Notes: generated by a model not told the origin, from the sequence alone. Shown: positions 1-11,852, counted from the first letter of the whole stretch. The stretch: DNA of 62,950 bases, filler included, from Octopus bimaculoides (GCF_001194135.2; 5 parts of 5 records of this genome joined end to end with filler, not necessarily neighbours in it), one strand, 5' to 3'. Numbers and translations are program-made.

Positions 1-615
1 TATCTACCTTCCTACTTATTAGGATTTTGGTTTTTGCTAGGTTGACTCTAAGGCCCTTCGATTCTAGTCCTTGCTTCCACACCTGAAACTTCTCCTCTAG
101 TTCTGATAGTGACTCCGCAATTAGTGCAAGGTCATCAGCATAGAAGAGCTCCCAGGGCAACCTGTCTTGAATTCCTCTGTGATCGTCTGGAGGACTATGA
201 TAAATAGGTGGGGGCTGAGGACGGAACCTTGGTGGACCCCTACCTCTACCCGGAATTCATTACTGTACTCATTTACAACCCTCACCTTACTGGCAGCATC
301 TCTGTACATGGCTCTCACAGCTCTCACTAACCATTCTTCTATTCCAAGTTTCCTCATTGGCCACCAGATAAGGGATCGGGAGACCCTGTCAAAGGCTTTC
401 TCCATGTCAACGAAGGCCAGGTACAGAGGTTTATCCTTGGCTAGGTATTTCTCCTGCAGCTGTCTCACTAGAAATATGGCATCAGTGGTGCTTTTACCTG
501 GCACGAACCCAAACTGCATCTCATCTAAATTGATTCGCTCCCTAATTAGTTGGGCTATGACCCTCTCTGTAACTTTCATAACCTGATCTAACAGCTTGAT
601 GCCTCTGTAATTATT
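1..615 (-). mobile_element. RTE-clade LINE reverse transcriptase fragment, frameshifted
   Basis: Minus frame reads NYRGIKLL...QFGFVPGKSTTDAIF..RQLQEKY...LAFVDMEKAFDRV...GVHQGSVLSP; after a 1-nt frameshift near 150 it continues WELFYADDLALIAESLSELEEKF..WKQGLESKGLRVNLAKTK. Upstream end abuts a (TA)n tract. Confidence 0.92.
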
Positions 616-678
616 TGTATACATATATATATATATATAAATAAATAAGAATATAAAAATAAATAAATATATATATAT

Positions 679-740
679 ACGACGGGCTTCTTTCAGTTTC
701 TGTCTACCAAATCCACTCACAAGGCTTTGGTCGGCCCGAG
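679..740 (-). mobile_element. SINE family B (CORE-like) fragment
   Basis: ACGACGGGCTTCTTTCAGTTTC..CTACCAAATCCACTCACAAGGCTTTGG, the reverse complement of the family B head seen in many copies in this window. Confidence 0.8.
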
Positions 741-761
741 TGTGCATGTACTGGAATGTGT

Positions 762-904
762 GGGCACATGGCTTAGTGATTAGGGTATTGGATTCACAAC
801 CATAAGATTGTGGTTTCAATTCCTGGACTGGGTGATGCATTGTGCTCTTGAGCAAAACACTTCATTTCATGTTGCTCCAGCCCACTCAGCTGTAGAAATG
901 AGTT
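762..904 (+). mobile_element. tRNA-derived SINE family C, head only
   Basis: GGCTTAGTGATTAGGG (A-box-like), GGTTTCAATTCC (B-box-like), then TTGAGCAAAACACTTCATTTCA.GTTGCTCCAG; same as the 31490 copy. Confidence 0.75.
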
Positions 905-984
905 TAGCTTTGAGAGGGTTGGGTTCTGCCAGGCTTTCTCACCCTAGATACACTGCATGGCTACAACAACAAATGGATTTATTA

Positions 985-1040
985 GTTTAATACTCGGGAA
1001 TAGAGAAAGTCTTTAACGTTTCGAGCTACACTCTTCAACG
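985..1040 (-). repeat. Dispersed repeat, possibly Penelope-like element terminus
   Basis: AAAGTCTTTAACGTTTCGAGC is the reverse complement of GGCTCGAAAC(G/A)TTAAAGAC in the copies at 39070-39250 and 42655-42810. The Penelope assignment rests only on the recalled CGAAAC(G/A)T terminal motif. Confidence 0.45.
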
Positions 1041-1529
1041 GAATGAAATAAGATAGAAAAGACAAGAAAAGAAAGAAAGAGACCTCGATATTATGTAAAT
1101 AGAGGAATTTATCTGGAAAGATATGTGACACTTATTCAGTAGCCATGATAAAACTTCAAGTTTCGGATGCCGGGGCGAAAACTGAAGCGATGGCGGCATG
1201 GGTTTCCGCCCCGGAATCCGAAACTCAGAGTTTTATCATGGCTACTGAATAAGTGTCATATTTTCACAGATATATATATAGATCATGATGATTCAACAAC
1301 TCTATCAGCCTTTCTCCATTCTATCCTAAACACCCCTGTAACCTTTATTGGATCATGTCAATGTAATATATCATTATGAATGACAACACACACATTTCTA
1401 TTGACTTTTTATATATATATGTGTGTGTGTGTGTGTGTATATGTATATGTGTGTGTGTGTGTGTATATGTATCTATATATATAGATATATATATTTGTTT
1501 ATTAATGTTTGTTTTTAATTCATTTCCAG

Positions 1530-1667
1530 AAAGATGCCAGCCGTAAACGTCTCGCAAAGAATAACCTCAAATTCCTGTCTGGCAAGCCGCTGTCTGTTAT
1601 CCGCAACTCTCGGTTGTGTAACCCAAAGTTGATTGAGCTTCTCAATGGTATCTTGGACAATTGTGAT
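1530..1667 (+). CDS. CMTR2: CMTR2-like cap2 methyltransferase, internal exon A (138 nt, phase 0/0)
   Basis: Acceptor CATTTCCAG|, donor GAT|GTATGT. KDASRKRLAKNNLKFLSGKPLSVIRNSRLCNPKLIELLNGILDNCD resembles recalled human CMTR2 [29 protein letters not shown]. Confidence 0.85.
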
Positions 1668-1869
1668 GTATGTTTTATTATTTATATTATTAGTAAGGGT
1701 AAGACCCAAGGTGGGGTGGGGCCTGAGGGGCACATGCCTCACTCAAGAAAAGAAGTGCACCCTTCTGAATAATGTTACTTTGCCCTTTCCTCCTGGAATT
1801 GTATTCCCTTCTGACTTTGTGCCCTCCCTTTGAAAAATTCCTGGGATTGTGCCTGATTAGATATGTTAA

Positions 1870-2190
1870 GGTGGTGAGCTGGCAGAATGGTTAGCACACT
1901 GGACAAAATGCTTAGCAGCATTTCATCTGTCTTTACATTTTGAGTTCAAATCCCACTGAGGTCAAATTTGTCTTTCATCCCTTCAGGGTCAGTATAATAG
2001 ACTCAGTCCCTCCCCTGAAATTGCTGGCCTTGTGCCAAAATTTGAAACTTTGCTTTGATGGAATTTCATCCATCTTTACGCTCTGAGTTCAAATTCTGCT
2101 GAGGTTGACTTTACCTTTTAATCCTTCAGGGTCAGTGTAATCGACTTAGTTGCTTCCCCTGAAATTGCTGGCCTTGTGCCAAAATCTGAG
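1870..2190 (+). mobile_element. tRNA-derived SINE family A, one full and one partial copy in tandem
   Basis: TGGCAGAATGGTTAGC A-box, GAGTTCAAAT B-box, TTTCATCCCTTCAGGGTC core, GGCCTTGTGCCAAAA tail; body repeated from about 2065. Confidence 0.8.
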
Positions 2191-2426
2191 ACCTGTGTTA
2201 TTGTTATTACATTTTTTGTGACATAGGTAATCCAAAGATATTAATGCCCAGCAACTATATACGTTTCATAACCTGATATGTAATGTGATGTTTGAACTTT
2301 TGGAATGAAGAATTTTCATTATTCTAGAATACTAGACTACCTGTGACCTATTGGGTCACTGAAGGTTCAGGTTATAAAACATTGAAGCTGATTTCAACAT
2401 TGCACTGAAATGAAAGTTAATTTTAT

Positions 2427-2762
2427 GATGATGATGATCATCATCATTGTTTAACGTCCGCTTTCCATGCTAGCATGGGTTCGACGATTTGACTGAGGAC
2501 TGGTGAACCAGATGGCTACACAAAGCTCCAATCTGATTTGGCAGAGTTTCTACAACTGGATGCCCTTCCTAACGCCAACCACTCCGAGAGTGTAGTGGGT
2601 GCTTTTACGTACCACCAGCACAAAAGCCAGTCAGGCAGTACTGGCAACGACCACACTCGAAATGGTGTATTTTACGTGCCACCTGCACAGGAGCCAGTCC
2701 AGTGGTACTGGCAACGATCTCACTCGAATGTTTTTTCACGTGCCACTGGCACAAGTGCCAGA
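2427..2762 (-). mobile_element. RTE LINE 3' UTR/tail fragment
   Basis: (CAT)n then TTTAACGTCCGCTTTCCATGCTAGCATGGG...GGATGCCCTTCCTAACGCCAACC; near-identical inverse of 48826-49070 and related to the tail that follows RTE ORF2 at about 14340-14510. Confidence 0.8.
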
Positions 2763-3049
2763 TGATTCAGTTAAATATTTCAATTTGTTCGTGACATCAC
2801 AGGTCTGGTTTACAAGTTCATGTTTAAGGTTTTATTGATTGTTTACACCATCTAATAGAAATGGAACTTCTGGGATAAACTTGAACTCCAGTAACAGCAT
2901 TTATTTATGGCATATGTGCACACTACTACAAAAATTCAAACGTAATTGTTATATAACGTAAACATAAAATTAATGGAAACAATTTTCACAGTATTATATT
3001 CCTATTTCAAGGTTTTGTTACTTTTGAAGTATTTTCCCATTATGCGCTG

Positions 3050-3380
3050 TTTTGGGTAAGTGTCTTCTACTATAGCCTTGGGCCGATGGAAGCCTTATGA
3101 GTGGATTTGTTAGATGGAAACTGAAAGAAGCCTGTTGTATATATGTGTGTGTGTGCATGTATGTGTGTCTGTATTTGTCCCCCCCCCCATCGCCTGACAG
3201 CTGGTGTTGGTGTATTTGCATCCCCGTAACCTAGCAGTTCAGCAAGACAGACCGATAGAATAAGTACTAGGCTTACAAAGAATAAGTCCTGGGGTCGATT
3301 TGTTCGACTAAAACCCTTCAAGGTGGTGCTCCACTTTTGCCGCAGTCAAATGACTGAAACAAGTAAAAGAATAAAAGAAT
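3050..3380 (+). mobile_element. SINE family B (CORE-like, bipartite with internal microsatellite)
   Basis: TGGGTAAGTGTCTTCTACTATAGCC...GAAAGAAGCC-(TA/TG)n-TTTGTCCCC...GATAGAATAAGTACTAGG...AAATGACTGAAACAAGTAAAAGAAT. Confidence 0.85.
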
Positions 3381-4009
3381 ATTTTCATAATTGAATATAA
3401 TTAGCAGAGTCGTTAGCACGCTGGGCAAAATAGTTAGCAGCATTTCATCCGTCTTTACGTTCTGAGTTCAAATTCCGCCAAGGTCGAATTTGCCTTTGCA
3501 TAAAGAATTGTTCAAATATTTTGAGTATTGCAGAATCATAACCGATTCATTACACATAAATTTTAACTCCGAAATCTTGTATGGATGCACCCCACCTCTA
3601 CCAAAGGTCATATGGACCCGGGTTGAGAACTGCTGATCTAGACGAATGTATCTGTAGAAAAGGAATTTCGTGGGGATGCAGCTCTGGAGGGATGGCCACA
3701 GAATTTAGTGTTGGGTAGCTGGGTGGGTCGAGAGTTATATTCCTCTAATTTTTAGTCGTCAATGTGTATTGAAATATCTCGTTTATCTTNNNNNNNNNNN
3801 NNNNNNNNNNNNNNNNNNNNNNNNNNNNNNNNNNNNNNNNNNNNNNNNNNNNNNNNNNNNNNNNNNNNNNNNNNNNNNNNNNNNNNNNNNNNNNNNNNNN
3901 NNNNNNNNNNNNNNNNNNNNNNNNNNNNNNNNNNNNNNNNNNNNNNNNNNNNNNNNNNNNNNNNNNNNNNNNNNNNNNNNNNNNNNNNNNNNNNNNNNNN
4001 NNNNNNTTT

Positions 4010-4331
4010 TGAAACCTGGTACTATTATTCTGTTGGGCTTTTTTGCTGAACCACTAAGTTACTGGTATGTAAACACACCAACATTGGTTGGCAAGTGGCG
4101 GTGGGGGACAAACAGACTCGAAGGCACACACACACACACACACACATACACATACACACATTTATATGATGAGCTTCTTTCAGTTTCTGTCTACCAAATC
4201 CACTCACAAGGCTTTGGTTGGCTCAAGGCTACGCTACAGTATAAAACGCTTGCCCAAGGCCCCACACAGTGAGACTGAACCTGGAACCATGTGATCAGGA
4301 AGCCAACTTTTTGCCACACAGCCATGCCTGC
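4010..4331 (-). mobile_element. SINE family B
   Basis: Reverse complement of family B head and most of tail, with internal (CA)n. Confidence 0.85.
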
Positions 4332-4627
4332 ATTTTTCTGTTATTTTAATGTGTCAGGAGTACGTGTGTCCTGAATGTGTAATTAGCACAAATGTATCAT
4401 TAGCATAATTAGTAATTTATTAGTCGGTTAATTAATTATCTTAGACAACTAGACTTTTGTAGACATTAATTTTTTTGGTGCATTGGTTACAACATGTATG
4501 CCTATGTGCATATTTGCACGTATACACGCAGCTTAAAAGGAACATTGTTTGGGCATGAGAGACAAAGTAAGGATAAATAAAAAGGAAGTGGTAGATTAAT
4601 GGATGGAATAATTCACTGTGTGGAGAA

Positions 4628-4875
4628 TACGTGGGGGTACCTAAAAGTAACTGGAAATGTTCTCTGTGAGATAAACCCATTGTAGTTCAAACTTCTGCCA
4701 CTAGAATCAACTTGATGTGATCCTCAGGCATCAGTCTCCTGACTGGTAGTGTCTGTTCATGTCATACTGCCATGTGGTGCGTTTTTGTTTTGCAATGCTT
4801 CTCCCCTGTTCAGTGATTTTTGTGATGGCTGAAACAAAGGAACAGCATGCTTCCATGAATTTCTGTTTTCTGCTG
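4628..4875 (+). mobile_element. mariner transposon left end (TIR and transposase start)
   Basis: TA-CGTGGGGGTACCTAAAAGTAACTGGAA matches the inverse of the right TIR at 13095-13123; collinear with 12220-12450, including ATGGCTGAA (MAE..EQ..SMNFCFLL). Confidence 0.75.
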
Positions 4876-4879
4876 TTTT

Positions 4880-5035
4880 CTTTACGTTCTGAGTTCAAAT
4901 TCGGTTGAGGTGGACTTTGCTTTTCATTCTTTCAGGGTCGATAAAGTAAGTACCAGTCAGGTACTGGGTTAATGTAATTGACTAATCCACTTCCCGCAAA
5001 AACTCCTGGCCTTGTACTAAAATTTGAAACTATTA
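4880..5035 (+). mobile_element. SINE family A, 5'-truncated
   Basis: ACGTTCTGAGTTCAAATTC..GACTTTGCTTTTCATTCTTTCAGGGTCGATAAAGTAAGTACC..GGCCTTGT. Confidence 0.75.
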
Positions 5036-5061
5036 TGTTGTTTAGTATAGTTTTTAAAAAC

Positions 5062-5455
5062 TTTTTTGCTTGTTTCAGTTATTTAACTGTGGCCATGCTG
5101 GAGCATTGCCTTTTTAAGGGTTTTAAATGAACAAATTGACCCCCCCCCGGACTTTTTTTTAAAGCCTAGTACTTATTCTATCATGCTCTCTTGCTGAACT
5201 GCTAAGTTATGGGGATGTAAACACACCAACACCAGTTGTCAAGCAGTGATGGGGGGAACAGACATAAAGACACACACACACACATCCATACGACGGGCTT
5301 CTTTCAATTTCCGTCTACCAAATCCACTCAGAAGGCTTTGGTCAGCCCAAGGATATAGTAGAAGACACCTGTCCAAGGTGCCATGCAAGTGGGACTGAAC
5401 CTGGAACCATATGGTCGGGAAGCAAGCTTCTTACCACACAGCTATGCCTGCACCT
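5062..5455 (-). mobile_element. SINE family B, near full length
   Basis: Complete inverse copy ending about 65 nt upstream of CMTR2 exon B. Confidence 0.85.
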
Positions 5456-5519
5456 ACTTAGTTTTTTTTTTTTGCTTAAATTATTTGTTTATTATGTTTT
5501 TGTTATTTTGTCCACTCAG

Positions 5520-5660
5520 CTGACCAACACCAATGATGACTTTGACCAGGAAGTCATTGCTGACCTGTCCACTACAATGCAACGACTGTTCACTGGTCAC
5601 TGTTCCAGTATCTGCTGCCTGGCAGAGGATTTTGATTTCTTCAGCAAATTACAGATACAG
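5520..5660 (+). CDS. CMTR2: CMTR2-like internal exon B (141 nt, phase 0/0)
   Basis: Acceptor TTTTGTCCACTCAG|, donor CAG|GTGAGT; open in frame: LTNTNDDFDQEVIADLSTTMQRLFTGHCSSICCLAEDFDFFSKLQIQ. Poorly conserved region, so assigned by phase continuity. Confidence 0.8.
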
Positions 5661-6293
5661 GTGAGTTGGGCATGGCTGTATTCTGCTATCATGGAAGTGA
5701 CTGATGGGTGGAGTCAGTCTGTTGAGGTGTCTGTCACAGAACTGTTTGCCATCATCATCATCATCACCACTGTGGTGTAAGTTGTCACATATCACTGGCA
5801 CATTGTTGTTGTATTTTGTCATATTACTGACAGAGAGAAGGTAAACAAATACCTAGCGGCTCTTGTTTACCTACTCATTAAAGTGGAAATAATTTCAATC
5901 AAAATTTGTCTAGTATTTCATCTTGTCTATTTCGCCCCAACTTTCTCTCACTTTTACTTCCTGTTTCCCGTCCAGCTGGGGGGAACACATACGCCATAGA
6001 AACTGGGAAACCGGACCCACGAGCCTGGCTAGGCTTTAAAAGGGTGCATAAAAAAAAAAATACACACACTCATACATATATATATAATTGATGAAAGAAA
6101 CGGAAAATGGATTTAGTCTGAATCTTTACTTAGCACGACGACTGTTTCAACTCATCCTGCATCTGTCCCTTAGAAGTAAGATATTGTGCATCTAGCTGTG
6201 TTGCATTAATCAATGCAGGCTGTGTTACTTCAAGTGCTTGGTGTAAAAAAAGATATTGCACTAGATATACTGAGATCTCCTTGACATTTTTGT

Positions 6294-6352
<59 letters not shown>

Positions 6353-8014
6353 TACATATCTTATATATAAAACAGAGATGTCTGTGTATTCGCTTTTCAC
6401 GTGAAATCGACTTCACCAAATGCTTCCATACTTGTGATGCATGAATAATTTGACCTCGGATAAATGTTAGGCTCTTCATTTGATTTTTTTTATTAAAAAT
6501 AAATAATATTGCTTTATATTTAAGATTCACTTCTTTAAAAAGGTTCCTCAATGTCAACTTCCGGTATTGACGTAGCAACGGCAAAAAGCTTCACTCTCTA
6601 TTTTGAGGTTCTCATTTCAAGTTTTACTTCACTATTTGCTAGCAACTACGATAAATTACTGACAGAAATATTTACTAAGTCCACAAATTTAAACATTCCG
6701 TACAAGAGCTTTTATTCATACGACTTTTTCATTTCACCCAATCTCTCTCTCTCACAACACACACGTGCACACGCGCATACACACGTGTGTCTTTGTAAAT
6801 ATGTTTGTATACATTTATGTATGTGTGTGTTTGTAAGAGACAGAGTGTGAGTAAGTCAAGGGGTGTGTGTGTGCGTGTGTATGTGTGTGAGACAGTGAGA
6901 GAGCGGTGTGTATGTAATATTTACTCTCTCTCTCTCTCATACACACTCACACACACACTCACACACAAAGATGTATGCATATTTGTGCATGTACGTATAC
7001 ATGACAACAAACCTCTCTCTCACTCTCTCTCTCTCTCTGTCACACATACACACACGTCCATTTCATCTGATGTGTGATACTCTGTGTGTGCGTGTGTGCG
7101 TGCGTGTGGGGTTCCACAATCGCCATTTATTTCAATTACTCTTGTGGGGATATTCACGTAAATCATTTTTTCATTTAATCCCCATTTTAATTTTCGTAAA
7201 AGTTTCCAAGTACCAATGAGGCTTTTTGGCACATCTTCAATTTTCCCATTCATGAGAGGCGCCCAGCCATCATTCATCTGAGAGTCCATCTACAGAATGT
7301 CCTAAAATTTCTATACAGCATATTTTGCTTTTTTACTTCCAGTATATAAGCAACAATTTCATTCCCGGGTAACGCTGGGTGCCTCTGCTANNNNNNNNNN
7401 NNNNNNNNNNNNNNNNNNNNNNNNNNNNNNNNNNNNNNNNNNNNNNNNNNNNNNNNNNNNNNNNNNNNNNNNNNNNNNNNNNNNNNNNNNNNNNNNNNNN
7501 NNNNNNNNNNNNNNNNNNNNNNNNNNNNNNNNNNNNNNNNNNNNNNNNNNNNNNNNNNNNNNNNNNNNNNNNNNNNNNNNNNNNNNNNNNNNNNNNNNNN
7601 NNNNNNNNNNNNNNNNNNNNNNNNNNNNNNNNNNNNNNNNNNNNNNNNNNNNNNNNNNNNNNNNNNNNNNNNNNNNNNNNNNNNNNNNNNNNNNNNNNNN
7701 NNNNNNNNNNNNNNNNNNNNNNNNNNNNNNNNNNNNNNNNNNNNNNNNNNNNNNNNNNNNNNNNNNNNNNNNNNNNNNNNNNNNNNNNNNNNNNNNNNNN
7801 NNNNNNNNNNNNNNNNNNNNNNNNNNNNNNNNNNNNNNNNNNNNNNNNNNNNNNNNNNNNNNNNNNNNNNNNNNNNNNNNNNNNNNNNNNNNNNNNNNNN
7901 NNNNNNNNNNNNNNNNNNNNNNNNNNNNNNNNNNNNNNNNNNNNNNNNNNNNNNNNNNNNNNNNNNNNNNNNNNNNNNNNNNNNNNTATACATATGCATT
8001 ATTTTTCTTTGCAG

Positions 8015-8164
8015 GATCTGAAAATATTTGGTAGGGAAGAGGAAAATAAATCCCATCAACAGTTAACGCTGATTGTCAATGTAACTTCTCCAACAACGCT
8101 GCTTGGCAAAGGAGAAATTCTGGACAAAATGTTGCTGCTTACCAAAGTCTCTTTTGCTCTTCAA
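8015..8164 (+). CDS. CMTR2: CMTR2-like internal exon C (150 nt, phase 0/0)
   Basis: Acceptor TTTTTCTTTGCAG|, donor CAA|GTGAGT; DLKIFGREEENKSHQQLTLIVNVTSPTTLLGKGEILDKMLLLTKVSFALQ. Confidence 0.85.
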
Positions 8165-8284
8165 GTGAGTGTCTCTTAAAGCTCCGGCTTCTGTCTCTTC
8201 AACTGTCTTGAATATTTTCTGTTCTCTTTGTTGTTTAACCCCGGTTCAGTCCTGATTGAGTAGATCAACGGTATTCCCAAGAAG

Positions 8285-8795
8285 TTTTGGACCCAGAAGT
8301 CAACTGGAATGATTCTGGGACAAAGATCGAGAACTCGTAAAATACCTGTCAAAAGGTCATGTCATCAATGCAGAATACTACACGTCTCTTCTGGACAAAC
8401 TGCATGAAGCTGTTGTGTCCTGTTCTTGCAGGACAGTGCATCAGCACACACAGTACATGAAACCTTACAGAAAATACATGACTTTGGCTTTGAATTGGTA
8501 GACTACCCACCTTTCTTTCCTGACTTGGCCTCCTTCAGTTATCACCACTTTTCACAACTGAAGAAATATCTCAAGGGAACGAAACTTCACTCTGATTCGG
8601 AAATGATCACTGCTACTGAGGCCTGGTTGGCGGCCCAGCCTTCCGAGTCCTTTTTACAGAGCTTACGGAAATTGAAGGACTGCTGCAATAAATGTTTGAA
8701 TCTGAGACGGGGAATATGTTGAATAAAATTATAATTAACTGATCTTCCTGTATTTTCTTTTACCCAAAGTCAGGAACTTTTCAGCACCCCTTGTA
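8285..8795 (+). mobile_element. mariner transposase C-terminal relic with right TIR
   Basis: VLFLQDSASAHT..ETLQKIHDFGFELVDYPPFFPDLASFSYHHFSQLKKYLKG (degenerate HPPYSPDL motif); ends GGAACTTTTCAGCACCCCTTG-TA. Confidence 0.88.
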
Positions 8796-9026
8796 TATAC
8801 ATACAACCAGTTTCCTGCAGTTTCTATCTGCCAAATCCACTCATAAATCATTTGTTGGACCAGGGCCACAGTAAAATACACTTGCCCTGGGCACCATTTG
8901 GTTACAAAGAAACTCAACCAGAGCTGTACCTGCATTCAGTTGACTATTTTTGTGTTTTTCTATCTTATTTATTTGGTGTTTCTAATATAATTGTGCTAAT
9001 GAACTCTTTCATTTCATTTACTCTAG

Positions 9027-9125
9027 AAACTGAAGGCTGATGACAATCTCCTACTTCTGACTCATTCCTTTCTGACGAGATTCTCCGCTGGTCTTCTGCT
9101 TCTTGCTTATGATTGCTTCCAGAAG
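9027..9125 (+). CDS. CMTR2: CMTR2-like internal exon D (99 nt, phase 0/0; absent from ORF track)
   Basis: Acceptor TTTCATTTACTCTAG|, donor AAG|GTTTGT; KLKADDNLLLLTHSFLTRFSAGLLLLAYDCFQK aligns to recalled human CMTR2 [33 protein letters not shown]. Confidence 0.88.
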
Positions 9126-9244
9126 GTTTGTAGGTTTATGGTCTTTTGTAATTTATTATTTTTTTTTTATGATTTAGTCACAGCAGGAAGAGACGGATCT
9201 GTAACCTTTTATATATTATTGTGCATCAATACATAACGACTGTA

Positions 9245-9900
9245 AGATGGCAAGCTGCAAAATCGTTAGCATGCTGGGCAAAGTAGTTAGTGGCATGTTA
9301 TCCGTTTTTACGTTCTAAGTTCAAATGCCATCAAAGTCAACTTTGCTTTTTAGTCTTTCAGGATTGATAAAATAAGTACCAGTTGAACACTGGGGTCAAT
9401 TTAATCAACTTACCCGCTCCACTGAAATTGCTGGCCTTGTGACAAAATTCGATATCATTATATACAAAATCTAAGGTAGCAAGCTGGCAGAATCGTTAGC
9501 ATGCCAGGTGAAATGCTTAGCGGTATTTCGTCTGCTGCTACGTTCTGAGTTCAAATTCCGCCGAGGTCGACTTTGTCTTTCATCCTTTCGGGGTCAACAG
9601 ATTAAGTACTAGTAGCATACTGGGGTCAATCTAATCAACTGCACCCCCCCACCACCAAATAAGTATCATTTGAGCACTGGGGTTAATGTAATCAATTTGC
9701 TCCCCACCACCCACGAAATTGCTGGCCTTGTGCCAAAATTTGAAACCATTAATAATAAGGTAGGGAGCTGGCAGTATCCTTAGAACTTCAGACGACATGC
9801 TTAGTGGTATTTTATCAGGCTCTTTATGTTTTGCATTCAACTCTTCTAAGGTTGATTTTACCTTTCATACTTTTGAGAATGCATAAAATATGAAGGTCAA
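9245..9900 (+). mobile_element. SINE family A, three head-to-tail copies
   Basis: Heads at about 9245, 9470 and 9760, each with a GCTGGCAG/AAAATCG A-box region, B-box GTTCAAAT-like and a CTTTCAT core. Confidence 0.82.
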
Positions 9901-9904
9901 CTAA

Positions 9905-10440
9905 AATGTTCATAGGCTGACCAAGCTACTCTCATGCAGTGTGATCAAATGAGGTTTATTTTTCAACATGGTCCCCCTTGTGGTCCACTCACTTCTTCCA
10001 TCGGTGTTGCAGTTCTTGGATCCCATTGGGGAAGAAGCTTTCACCCTGTTGGTCAAAAGAGTCATCGACAGCAGATGTGATGTCATCATCATTGCAATAC
10101 TGGTTCCCAGCCAGGAGTTTTTTATAATGTTGAGAAACAGATGATAGTCAGATGAGGGCCAAGTTAGGGTAACAGGAAGGGTGACCAACCAGTTCAAAGC
10201 GACAGTCACACACAACAGCCATTGAAAGCAAGGACTTGTGTGCTGGAGTATTGTCTTGATGAAACAAGATCCCTTTCATCAGTTTTCCTGGGCATTTCAT
10301 CTCGATAGCCTTTCATTACTGTCTCAGAAGTTGACATAGTACCCTCCATTGATGGTGTGGCCTTTTTGAAGATAGTCAATAAAAATAGTCAATAAGAAAT
10401 TATTGTACACTAGCTGGCTCCGTGCTGTCAAAAATGACGG
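9905..10440 (-). mobile_element. mariner transposase C-terminal relic
   Basis: Minus frames give PSSDYHLF..I.KLLAGNQYCNDDDITSAVDDSFDQQGESFFPNGIQELQHRWKK*VDHKGDHVEK, a typical mariner C-terminus. Confidence 0.85.
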
Positions 10441-10601
10441 TTAATTATAGTATTTTATATATAAATAAGGTAGAAAATAATCACAGATACAAACATTTAC
10501 ATACTTCCCTTCTACATGCATACATACACACATATACTGAGAGTTGAAACGCTGTTTGATTTTTCTTTTCGGCATTGAATGTTCACCATCCCACTTCCAT
10601 T

Positions 10602-10645
<44 letters not shown>

Positions 10646-11197
10646 TCACATGACTTCCTTTTACATACACACACGTATACTCACACAGAGTTGAAACGCT
10701 GTTTGATTTTATTTTTCCAACCGTAGAACTTCCATCATCCCACTACCAAGTTTGCCATCACCTCTTCCTTCCTTATTTATCTATCACCCCTTGCTTTCTC
10801 ATTCATCTATCACCCCTTCCTTTTTCTCATTCATATGTTGTGACGGAGAAATACACAAGAGTATTATTATAGTAGATTATTACAGAGATTCCACTGTCAT
10901 GGGGGAGATCATGGCCTCTGTGATTCTTCTGTAGAGTGTCTGTGACTAAGTGGAGGAGAAAGAAACTCTGATTCCTGAATTATTGCAGTGGGAAGCAAGG
11001 AATGCAGTTATTGAATTATTTATCTGAAGACCAAAAAAAAAAAAAATAAATGTTTGCAACAGAGTGAACTCTTTGATAAGAGCAGTACATGTCTATTTAG
11101 TGGTGGTGGTTGTGTTAGTGGTGGGGGTGGGGTAGGTGATAGATTAAACCTACCGCTCTACATCGCTGGTGTGCTGAAGAAACTTACTCACAATAGA

Positions 11198-11590
11198 CGC
11201 AGGAGTGACTGTGTGGTAAGTAGCTTGCTTACCAGCCACATGGTTCTGGGTTCAGTCCCATTGTGTTGCATCTTGGGCAAGTGTCTTCTACTATAGCCTT
11301 GGGCCAACTAAAGCTTTGTGAGTGGATTTGGTAGACAGAAACTGAATGAAGCCCGTCGTATATATATATATATATATATATTTATGTTTGTGTGTCTGTT
11401 TGTCCCACCCACCATCACTTGACAACCGAAGTTGATGTGTTTACATCCCTGTAACTTATCGGTTTGGCAAAAGAGACTGATAGAATAAGTCTTACAAAGA
11501 ATAAGTCCTGGGGCCAATTTGTTCGACCAAAGGCAGCGCTCCAGCGTGGTCGCAGTCAAATAACTGAAACAAGTAAAAGGATAAAAGAAT
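11198..11590 (+). mobile_element. SINE family B, full length
   Basis: GCAGGAGTGACTGTGTGGTAAG head, GGTTCAGTCCC B-box-like, CTTGGGCAAGTGTCTT CORE-like motif, (TA)n, complete tail. Confidence 0.88.
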
Positions 11591-11852
11591 ACATCTGTTG
11601 GTTGGCTGGTTGGTTGGTGTGAAGCTAGAGTTGAAGACACTTGCTCAAGATGCCATGCAATAGGATGTCAGATGCAGTCTGAAATCACATACATGAGAAG
11701 CAATGTTTTTCTTAACCGTCTGTTACTGGTATCTTTGGATATATATATGTGTGAGTGTGTATGTATATATATTTATATATAAATGTATTTGTATATATAT
11801 ATATATATATATGCATGTATATAATATATACATATATCTTTTATTTTTTAAT

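Noticed and set aside
762-830. tRNA genes at SINE heads (families A, B, C)
   Set aside because: A/B boxes are present but there is no complete cloverleaf, and each continues into a SINE body.
121-855. 244-aa ORF as an intact gene
   Set aside because: Chimera of SINE C, SINE B, (TA)n and a frameshifted, truncated RTE RT.
7379-8179. Long ORFs spanning N gaps (also 15127-16209, 37378-38297, 42082-42725, 57890-58695, 59240-59952 and others)
   Set aside because: Length comes from X residues; only the 8015-8164 part is a real exon.
10538-10750. ~60-bp direct repeat flanking a (CA)n tract
   Set aside because: Most simply a microsatellite-associated local duplication; no functional signature.
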